Of a DNA stretch of 64,000 nt, positions 37,740 through 45,262 are shown in pieces. The DNA comes from an uncultured Chitinophagales bacterium (GTDB taxonomy: Bacteria > Bacteroidota > Bacteroidia > Chitinophagales > JADIYW01). Under the pieces are notes generated by a model. That model was not told the DNA's origin and did no database searches. It worked only from the letters and a program-made list of their open reading frames with translations. A program made the position numbers and the translations under genes. The stretch spans positions 2,927 to 66,926 of the forward strand of contig CAYYMF010000002.1 of NCBI GenBank assembly GCA_964472755.1. Reading direction: 5' to 3'. Numbering within the stretch: the first letter of the stretch is position 1; every line of letters begins with the position of its first letter.

Positions 37740-38993
37740 TTATCTAATCAAAGATTGATAAGTTGTTGGCGTTTTTTGAACTAATAAAATTTCTTTTCCT
37801 GCAGAATTTTGCACAATCGTAGCCTCATTATAATGTCTGAGTGTTAAAATACTCAAATCCTCTTGAATTTCGATTTGGAAATTATCTTGTAAAAACTTCA
37901 TCAATCTTGTAATTTTATCTCCTTGATTATCCACAACAGCTTCAAAAGAAATAGCTTCTTGTTGCATCATATTCAATTTTAAATTCACTTTAGAGAATGC
38001 TCTAAATATTGAAGCTAAAACATCTTCTTGAATAAATGAAAAATCTTTAGTCGTTAAAGTTAATAAGGCTTGATTTTTTTTCACAATTCTAATTGGAGGC
38101 AAGCTTTTTTGGTCTTCTTTTCCAACAATAGTACCAACTCCTTCTGGATTTATAAACGAACGTACATGTAGTGGAATGTTTTTATTTTGCAATGGCTTAA
38201 TTGTTTTTGGATGAATTACAGTAGCACCATAAAATGTCATTTCAACAGCTTCATTATAAGAAATTTGTTCTAAGAAAACTGCATCTGAAAAAATTCTAGG
38301 GTCACCATTCATTACGCCTGGCACATCTTTCCAAATTGTTTGATTTTCAGCATTCAAAAGATTTGCAAAAATTGCAGCAGTATAATCTGAACCTTCACGA
38401 CCTAAAGTAGTTGTTTGACTATCTGAAGTGCTTCCTAAAAATCCTTGTGTAACAACAATACTTCCTTTTACCATAGGAACAACTTTTGTAGCCACCAACT
38501 CTCCAGTTTTTACCCAATCCACAACTGCTTCACGATATGTACTATCCGTTTTAATAATTTCACGAACATCTAACCAATTATTATCAATTCCTGCTTCTTT
38601 TAAATATGCAGAAAGAATAATTGATGAAAGTAACTCACCCTGAGAGACAATTTGGTCATAAATATGATTATAATTATCTGATGGTGTTGCATCAAATCTT
38701 TGTTCAATTTCAGAAAATACTTTTTCCAAATGTGTATATACTGGATTGTCAGAATTAAATAATCCTGCACAAATTTCCAAATGATTTTTCTTTACAGGCT
38801 CTAGTGTATTTTTTCCACCTTTAGATGCATCAAAATAAGCTGCAACCACTTCTTCTAAAGCATTGGTTGTTTTTCCAACAGCTGAAACAACAACTAAAGT
38901 ATTTTTATCGCCATATTTTTGAATAATTGAAGCTACATTTTTTATTCCTGCGGCATCTCTTACCGATGCACCTCCAAATTTAAAAACTCTCAT
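37740..38993 (-). CDS. lysC: Aspartate kinase
   Basis: 417 aa with MRVFKFGGASV, VVSAVGKTTN and GREGSDYTAA motifs, and C-terminal ACT-like repeats. Confidence 0.9.
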   Translation of the reverse strand: MRVFKFGGASVRDAAGIKNVASIIQKYGDKNTLVVVSAVGKTTNALEEVVAAYFDASKGGKNTLEPVKKNHLEICAGLFNSDNPVYTHLEKVFSEIEQRFDATPSDNYNHIYDQIVSQGELLSSIILSAYLKEAGIDNNWLDVREIIKTDSTYREAVVDWVKTGELVATKVVPMVKGSIVVTQGFLGSTSDSQTTTLGREGSDYTAAIFANLLNAENQTIWKDVPGVMNGDPRIFSDAVFLEQISYNEAVEMTFYGATVIHPKTIKPLQNKNIPLHVRSFINPEGVGTIVGKEDQKSLPPIRIVKKNQALLTLTTKDFSFIQEDVLASIFRAFSKVNLKLNMMQQEAISFEAVVDNQGDKITRLMKFLQDNFQIEIQEDLSILTLRHYNEATIVQNSAGKEILLVQKTPTTYQSLIR

Positions 38994-39013
38994 ATTTTAT
39001 TTATTTAGCGGTG

Positions 39014-39021
39014 CAAATTTA
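39014..39021 (-). promoter_or_regulatory. Candidate -7 promoter box (TAAATTTG on the minus strand) for lysC
   Basis: The plus strand reads caaattta, 21 nt upstream of the ATG at 38993. Confidence 0.45.
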
Positions 39022-39041
39022 GTAAAAAAAACGTTTTTTGT

Positions 39042-39049
39042 TATATTTG
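39042..39049 (+). promoter_or_regulatory. Candidate -7 promoter box (TATATTTG) for fbp
   Basis: Exact match 17 nt upstream of the ATG at 39066. It lies back-to-back with the lysC box in a 72-bp divergent spacer. Confidence 0.45.
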
Positions 39050-39065
39050 ACAAAAAATTAAATTT

Positions 39066-40064
39066 ATGTCAAATAAAGACCGCTTAGTTACATTAGATGA
39101 ATTTATAATTGAACAACAAAATAAAATTGAAGATGCTACAGGCGAACTGTCTGGATTGCTAAGAGATATAGGCTTAGCGGCTAAAATTGTCAATCGTGAT
39201 TTAAGAAAAGCTGGTTTGGTGGATAATATCTTAGGAGATGCTGAAAAAACAAATATCCAAGGCGAAGAAGTCAAGAAACTAGACGAATTTGCAAACACCA
39301 TTCTTACAAAAACTTTACAAAATAGTGGAGAATGTGCAGGAATTGCTTCTGAAGAAGAAGACGAAATTGTTGTGATTGAGAATAGAAAAAGAGCTAAATA
39401 TGTAGTACTTTTTGACCCTTTAGATGGTTCAAGTAATATTGATGTCAATGCTACAGTTGGCACTATATTTTCAGTTTTTAAAAGAGTTACTAAACTTGGA
39501 GAAAACTGTACTTTAGAAGATTTTTTACAAGCAGGCGAAAAACAAGCGGCAGCGGGTTATGTCATTTATGGCTCATCAACGATGTTAGTTTATACAACCG
39601 GTGATGGTGTTAATGGCTTTACCTTAGAACCTTCAATTGGTGAATTTTGTTTATCGCATCCAAATATCAAAACTAAAAAACATGCTTTAACTTATTCTGT
39701 AAATCAAGCAAATTATCATTCATTTTCTGAAAACATTAGAAAATATATTGACTACTGCATGTCTTCAGATGGTAATAAAAAACTATATTCACTTAGGTAT
39801 ATTGGTTCTATGGTGGCTGATTTTCATAGAAATTTAATTAAAGGTGGTATTTACATGTATCCTGCCACCCAAAAAGATAAAAATGGGAAATTGAGATTAA
39901 TGTATGAATGTAATCCATTAAGTTTTGTTCAAGAACAAGCTGGAGGAAAAGGCACAGATGGGGTAAGGAGAATTTTGGAAATTATCCCAACAGAAATACA
40001 TCAAAGAACACCCATTTTTGTTGGTTCTAAAGAAATGGTGGAGCATATTTTGGAAAATCAATGA
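39066..40064 (+). CDS. fbp: Fructose-1,6-bisphosphatase class 1
   Basis: 332 aa with [20 protein letters not shown] and [12 protein letters not shown] motifs. Confidence 0.93.
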   Translation: MSNKDRLVTLDEFIIEQQNKIEDATGELSGLLRDIGLAAKIVNRDLRKAGLVDNILGDAEKTNIQGEEVKKLDEFANTILTKTLQNSGECAGIASEEEDEIVVIENRKRAKYVVLFDPLDGSSNIDVNATVGTIFSVFKRVTKLGENCTLEDFLQAGEKQAAAGYVIYGSSTMLVYTTGDGVNGFTLEPSIGEFCLSHPNIKTKKHALTYSVNQANYHSFSENIRKYIDYCMSSDGNKKLYSLRYIGSMVADFHRNLIKGGIYMYPATQKDKNGKLRLMYECNPLSFVQEQAGGKGTDGVRRILEIIPTEIHQRTPIFVGSKEMVEHILENQ

Positions 40065-40082
40065 AATTTTAAGCAATAAACT

Positions 40083-40457
40083 ATGGAATTATATATCAAA
40101 GAAGTTGGTAATAAAGGTAGAGGAGTTTTCTGTACTGAAGATTTAGAAGAAGGTGATGAAATTGAAATTTGCCCTGTAATTGTTTGTCCTCCAAAAGATA
40201 CCAAACACCTCAATAAAACAACATTGTACCATTATTATTTTATTTGGGGCGAAGATGGCAAAAGTGCTGGTATTGTTCTTGGATACGGTGCAATGTATAA
40301 CCATAACTATAGCCCAAATGCTAGATACGAAGCCTATTACGATGATAATATCTTTAAAGTTATTGCTCGTAAAAAAATTCCTGCTAATACTGAAATCACA
40401 ATTAACTACAATTACTATCCTGAAGACCAAACAAAACTTTGGTTTGATGTTGAATAG
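40083..40457 (+). CDS. SET-domain protein (putative protein-lysine methyltransferase)
   Basis: 124 aa with the N-SET motif GRGVFCTEDLEEGDEI, the NH-motif YGAMYNHNYSPNARYE and the post-motif NTEITINYNY. Confidence 0.8.
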   Translation: MELYIKEVGNKGRGVFCTEDLEEGDEIEICPVIVCPPKDTKHLNKTTLYHYYFIWGEDGKSAGIVLGYGAMYNHNYSPNARYEAYYDDNIFKVIARKKIPANTEITINYNYYPEDQTKLWFDVE

Positions 40458-40637
40458 TAAGTAACTTTCACTTTTGTAAATTAAATATTATAATATAAAT
40501 TTTTAATTAATTATATTATGAATTTATCTATTATTTAAGTTAGAGCTAATCAAAGAAAATTTACAGCAAAACTTTTAATTCTCTTCAAAACATATACATT
40601 TACACTATATTATAAATTAATTCTCAATCTCTTGCTA

Positions 40638-42257
40638 ATGCCCTCAACTGATAATAAAAAATCAATAATACCTCCGATTTTGCTCATTCTAATTGGATTT
40701 GTTTTGATATACCAATTTAAAGTAAGAATTATTGACTAAAGGCAAAATAGACGTAAAAATAGAAGCTGCAGCAACTATTATGCCTGCAGCTTATAAAGTA
40801 TATGCTAACGAAAATGCTTTAGCTGGCAAATACAATCTTTTTAAAATATTGGTTACCAATTCTGGTAATCATAAGATGAATAACATAGCTGTTTCTTACG
40901 AAATACCAGGCTATATTCCAATAACAGAAATAAAAAAAAATCCTGAAATAGCACCAGGACAATCTGTCGTGGTTTTTTGTTTTCCTAAATTTAATCCAGA
41001 TATCATCAATAAAAACTCAAGTTCAAAAGAAACTGTAAATATTAAAATAAATGGTACAAATATTAAACCATTAACTAGAACCTTTGCCATTGATATAAAA
41101 AGCAGAAATGAATTTCAATACACTTCCATTCCTTTAAATCAAATCAAATCCTATGCAGACCATTTTGACAATGCTGATTTATTAGCTTGTTTTGTAACAC
41201 CTGACGATCCAATCATCAGGTATTATACCCAACAAATTCAAGAGAAAATATTAAAAGGGGAAGCAACCGAAGCTACAAACACACTTAAAGAAGGTGTTCG
41301 GTTTTTAAAAGGTATTTATAATGCTACTTTATTAAGTTACACTGTATATAGTGGTACTTCTGGCTTACCTACATTTGAAAATAGCGTTAGCTCTATGGTA
41401 CAAACCATTCGTATTCCAAGAGAGGTTGTAACTGGCTAGACTGGATTGTGCATAGAATTATCATTATTATATACAAGTGTTATGATGAATGCAGGTCTTA
41501 ATCCTGTTATTTTCTTAGTACCTAGACATGCTTTCCCAGGACTTATTATAGATAATCACTATGTAGCAATCGAAGCAACTGGAATAGGCAGAGAAGGATT
41601 AGGTAAAATAATATTTGCTGATGAAGCTATACAAGTTGGATTAGTAAATACACAACGATTTTTTCAAAATGCTCAATCAGAAGATGGTGGCTATAAAACT
41701 CTTCGTATTCGTGATTTAGTTGCTAAAGGTGTATTGCCTATGGAATTAAAAGACGATGTTTTCTCAGACAAAAAACAGATGAAATCGCCCAAACTTTTAT
41801 TTCAGATAATAATTTAACTCAACAATCAGCAGGAACAACAACTAACTTTAGTCGTTTTGACAATGGCAGCATGTCATTTTATATTTCCTAATGATTGGCA
41901 AGAAATGAGTTGTTCTGAAAATATTATGTTGCAAAATATAAGCACTCTGGAAATAAATCTACTTATTCTACATTAAGAATTTTTGGATTTATTGGAAACT
42001 ATACGCCTGATCATATTATGAAACAAATAAAATTGATAATGTTTGACAAACAGGATATGGAATATAAAAATATGGGTCAGAAAAATAGCTTCACGATATT
42101 TAAGGGTACGGTTAAAAAATCCGACAAAAAATATGATTGGATTGGAGCTTTTAAAAGCGATGGACAAACAACATCAGACATTACTGTTTCTCTACCAATA
42201 GAAAATGGCAATGCTAATTTGAATATTTTCAACGCAATTATAAATTCGTTAAAATGA
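40638..42257 (+). pseudogene. Decayed gene for a membrane-anchored CARDB-like plus transglutaminase-like (Cys-His-Asp/Glu core) protein
   Basis: The pieces are as follows. A 33-aa N-terminal TM anchor ORF (40638..40739, MPSTDNKKSIIPPILLILIGFVLIYQF) lies in one frame. The main body 40732..41439 lies in a different frame. An in-frame TAG sits at 41437..41439, directly before TGLCIELSLLY...PRHAFPGL...AIEATG. Three further frame switches follow at about 41751-41815 (an A6 run at 41770..41775 is the likely site), 41885 and 41930. The last piece ends at the track ORF 42018..42257. Confidence 0.7.
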
Positions 42258-42952
42258 AAAACAATCTCCTAATTTATAAATCTATAGTCATAGTGAGTTT
42301 AATATTGATTTCACTTTTTTCTAATGCTCAAGCAGTCCAAGATGAAACTGAAAGTCAAACTACGACAACCTAATCTCCACAACAATTAAATAAACCACAT
42401 ACAAATAAAATCAGTAATGAGTATAAAATTACCATTGATGAACAAGGAAATGCAAGTATAATAGACAGATTTACATTAGACTCAGATACATGGAATAAAA
42501 GGGAAACGTCTGGCACATTTGATCCTAAACAAACAAAACAAAAGATTATTAAATCTGTCCCAAGACTCTATATTACAAGTATAGACTATTTGAAAAATCC
42601 AGCTAATTATACAGATGAATTTCATATAAAAGGAATTGGTGCTGCACAAATTGATGAAGATGGAAAATGGAAAACATACATTGGAGAAGTACCTCCCAAT
42701 ACGATGAATCTTGGTGGAAAAGTTTTCAATTTTAGAATTCCAATCTTTATCAATAATGATACGATTTGGCAAATTCAAAATATAAAATTACCAAAGACTG
42801 CTAAAGATGTAAAAATTGAAAAAGATAGTTTTAATAATTCTTGGATTAGCTATTCTCTTAAAGCTAATTGGAAAAAAAATGTAATGCTCATCTTGGGTGT
42901 TCTATTCGTTCTAATAGGCATTATTTGTCTTTATAACAGAAAAACAAGTTAA
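42254..42952 (+). pseudogene. Secreted, C-terminally membrane-anchored protein gene interrupted by one in-frame TAA
   Basis: The ATG at 42254 overlaps the upstream TGA (ATGA) and is followed by a 39-codon signal-peptide segment (MKNNLLIYKSIVIVSLILISLFSNAQA...). A TAA at 42371..42373 interrupts it. The same frame then stays open, with no ATG/GTG/TTG, until it reaches the track ORF 42590..42952, which ends in a TM helix VMLILGVLFVLIGIICLY. Confidence 0.65.
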
Positions 42953-42973
42953 AGAAAAGTTTGCCCATAGTAT

Positions 42974-43011
42974 ATTTTTATTTCCAATCTTCAGGATTGA
43001 AAAATAAAAAT
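42974..43011 (+). terminator. Candidate hairpin terminator after the 42254..42952 gene
   Basis: An imperfect inverted repeat atttttatttccaatc / gattgaaaaataaaaat with loop ttcag is followed by a T-rich tract. It is very AT-rich and therefore weak. Confidence 0.3.
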
Positions 43012-43034
43012 TTGTAATTTCTTATAGTAATAGT

Positions 43035-43042
43035 TAATTTTG
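43035..43042 (+). promoter_or_regulatory. Candidate -7 promoter box (TAATTTTG) for the ferritin gene
   Basis: Exact TAnnTTTG match 35 nt upstream of the ATG at 43077. Confidence 0.4.
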
Positions 43043-43076
43043 TATTCTATTCTATAAAAAAATAAAATTCAATATT

Positions 43077-43610
43077 ATGATAATTCCTAAAAAAGTAGAA
43101 GCCGTTTTAAACCAACATTTAGAAATGGAAGCAAATGCAGTATTTAATTACCTTGCAGTAGCATCTTGGTGTGAAAGAGTTGGTTTAGAAGGTTGTGCTA
43201 AATTTTACAGAGACCAATCAGATGAAGAGCATACACATTTTATGAAGTTTTTTGACTATATAAATGATGTTGGAGAACATGCTATTGTTCCAGCGGTCAA
43301 ACAGCCTAAAAGTAAATTCAAAAATATCAAAGAAGTTTGTGAATATTCATTAAAAGGTGAACAAGCAGTAACCAAATCCATCTATCATATTATAAAAGTA
43401 GCAGAGGAAGAAGGCGACAAAGCAACTATTGATTTTTTAAGATTTTTTGTTGATGAGCAACGTGAAGAAGAAGTGCAATTCAAACGAATAATAGATAGAA
43501 TAAATTTGATTGGTGATGGTCCTCAAAGTTTGTATTATATTGATAAAGAATTTGAAAAAATCCTCAATCAAAAAGTTAAAAATGCTGCAAAGGAAAAGAA
43601 TGCAGGATAA
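43077..43610 (+). CDS. Non-heme bacterial ferritin
   Basis: 177 aa with ferroxidase-centre residues in EANAVFNYLAVASW, QSDEEHTHFMKF and VDEQREEE. Confidence 0.88.
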   Translation: MIIPKKVEAVLNQHLEMEANAVFNYLAVASWCERVGLEGCAKFYRDQSDEEHTHFMKFFDYINDVGEHAIVPAVKQPKSKFKNIKEVCEYSLKGEQAVTKSIYHIIKVAEEEGDKATIDFLRFFVDEQREEEVQFKRIIDRINLIGDGPQSLYYIDKEFEKILNQKVKNAAKEKNAG

Positions 43611-43655
43611 TTTTCTTAACAATGTCCTCTTTAACTAAAATTCTGTTCTGTGTAA

Positions 43656-44591
43656 ATGTCTGCTGCTGAAAACAATGCCCACCTAATAAAATCTATTGCA
43701 AAAGAATTGGGTTTTAGTTATTGTGGAATCAGTAAAGCTGCTTATTTGGAAGACCAAGCTCCTGTCTTAGAAAGTTGGTTAAAAAACAATTACAATGGCA
43801 AATTAGGGTACATGGAAAATAATTTCGATGTACGATTAAATCCTAAATTACTTGTTGATGATGCGAAAATAGTTGTTTCCTTAATGTATAATTATTATAC
43901 AAATACAAAATTAGAACATGACGAATATAAAATTTCTAAATATGCTTATGGCAAAGATTATCACGATGTCATCAAACAGAAATTGTGGCTATTTTTAGAT
44001 CGTTTAAAAGAGAAAATTGGTAACATTAACGGTAGAGGATTTACAGACTCCGCTCCTATTTTAGAAGGTGTTTGGGCAAAAAAATCAGGATTAGGTTGGA
44101 TTGGCAAACACAGTATTTTAATTACAAAATCACAAGGTTCATATTTTTTTTTGGCTGAATTAGTATTGGATATTGAAGCCGAAATAGATATTCCATTAGA
44201 TAAAGATTATTGTGGTACGTGTACTGCTTGTATAGACGCTTGTCCAACAAATGCAATTTTAGATTCTGGAGTTATAAATGCCTCAAAATGCATATCCTAC
44301 TTGACTATCGAACTAAAAGACGAAATTATTCCTAACGAGTTTAAAAATCAGATGGAAAATTATATTTTTGGATGTGATATTTGTCAAGAAGTTTGTCCTT
44401 GGAATCGTTTTTCAATCGTACATCAAGAACCTGAATTTATTCCAAAAGAAGCATTATTGAAAATGAAGAAAGAAGATTGGGAAGACATTACTGAAGAAAT
44501 TTTTAAAGAAATTTTTAAAGGATCTCCAGTAAAAAGAACTAAATTTAAAGGCTTAACTAGAAATATCAACTTTATAAAAGACAACCTATGA
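43656..44591 (+). CDS. queG: tRNA epoxyqueuosine(34) reductase
   Basis: 311 aa with two 4Fe-4S ferredoxin motifs, CGTCTACIDACP and CDICQEVCPWN, and an N-terminal pattern typical of QueG. Confidence 0.88.
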   Translation: MSAAENNAHLIKSIAKELGFSYCGISKAAYLEDQAPVLESWLKNNYNGKLGYMENNFDVRLNPKLLVDDAKIVVSLMYNYYTNTKLEHDEYKISKYAYGKDYHDVIKQKLWLFLDRLKEKIGNINGRGFTDSAPILEGVWAKKSGLGWIGKHSILITKSQGSYFFLAELVLDIEAEIDIPLDKDYCGTCTACIDACPTNAILDSGVINASKCISYLTIELKDEIIPNEFKNQMENYIFGCDICQEVCPWNRFSIVHQEPEFIPKEALLKMKKEDWEDITEEIFKEIFKGSPVKRTKFKGLTRNINFIKDNL

Positions 44592-45211
44592 AAATAAAAA
44601 TTTGCGGCATGAGAGAACCTGACAATATTAGGCAAATTGCTGCTTTACAACCTGATTTTTTGGGTTTTATTTTCTATGAAAAATCAAAAAGATTTATAAG
44701 TATTGAAGAATTTTTATTGCTCAAAACTGATTTTATTGGAATTAATAAAGTGGCAGTTTTTGTAAATGAAAGCATTAAAAATATTATAAGAATTGCAACA
44801 TTAGGCAACTTTAAATACTTACAATTACATGGTGATGAAGCACCTGAGTTTTGTGAAGAATTAAAATATTTGGATTTTAAAATCATTAAAGCATTTGGCA
44901 TCAATGAACAATTTGATTTTCATAGATTAAATGAATATGTGGCTGTTTGTGATTATTTTTTATTTGACACACAATGTAATAAATATGGAGGTAGTGGCAA
45001 AAAATTTGATTGGAATTTATTAGATAAATATAAGCTCCAAACACCAATATTTCTTTCAGGTGGATTAGAAGTTTCAGATATTGAAACTGTCAAAAACTTA
45101 AGCAATCAATTACCTTATTGCTTAGATTTCAACAGCAAATTGGAAGAAAAACCAGGATTGAAGAATATAGATAAAGCTGCACAAGCCATACAACTGATTA
45201 GAAAAAAATAA
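44588..45211 (+). CDS. trpF: N-(5'-phosphoribosyl)anthranilate isomerase
   Basis: 207 aa with MKIKICGM, DFLGFIFYEKSKR, YLQLHGDE and FLSGGL motifs. Its ATG overlaps the queG TGA (ATGA). Confidence 0.88.
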   Translation: MKIKICGMREPDNIRQIAALQPDFLGFIFYEKSKRFISIEEFLLLKTDFIGINKVAVFVNESIKNIIRIATLGNFKYLQLHGDEAPEFCEELKYLDFKIIKAFGINEQFDFHRLNEYVAVCDYFLFDTQCNKYGGSGKKFDWNLLDKYKLQTPIFLSGGLEVSDIETVKNLSNQLPYCLDFNSKLEEKPGLKNIDKAAQAIQLIRKK

Positions 45212-45234
45212 CAGCCCAAATAAGTTTGGACTGT
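45211..45234. terminator. Hairpin between convergent trpF and the nuclease gene (terminator, mainly for the minus-strand gene)
   Basis: Stem acagcccaaa / tttggactgt (9 of 10 pairs) with loop taag. On the minus strand it is followed by TTATTTTTTTC. Confidence 0.6.
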
Positions 45235-45262
45235 TACAAATATTATTATAAATTCTAATCAA

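Noticed and set aside
39041-39463. 140-aa minus-strand ORF overlapping the 5' part of fbp
   Set aside because: It is a Ser/Phe/Leu-rich shadow of the fbp frame, and its 5' end would lie inside the fbp promoter region. It has no independent support.
40143-40464. Two ORFs (40143..40430 minus, 40180..40464 plus) overlapping the SET-domain gene
   Set aside because: The SET frame carries all the family motifs and the alternatives carry none.
41437-42373. In-frame TAG and TAA as evidence for stop-codon reassignment or programmed read-through
   Set aside because: TAA, TAG and TGA all terminate well-conserved genes in this window at the expected protein lengths, for example TGA for fbp, queG, acnA and rfbC, and TAG for the wza-like and type B CTD genes. 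Neither stop is UGA, so selenocysteine is excluded. The same gene also carries frameshifts, so ordinary pseudogenisation is the simpler explanation.
42974-43076. Fur-box-like operator upstream of ferritin
   Set aside because: The inverted repeat and the tagtaatagttaatt stretch do not match the GATAATGATAATCATTATC consensus convincingly. In sequence this AT-rich, such resemblance is expected by chance.
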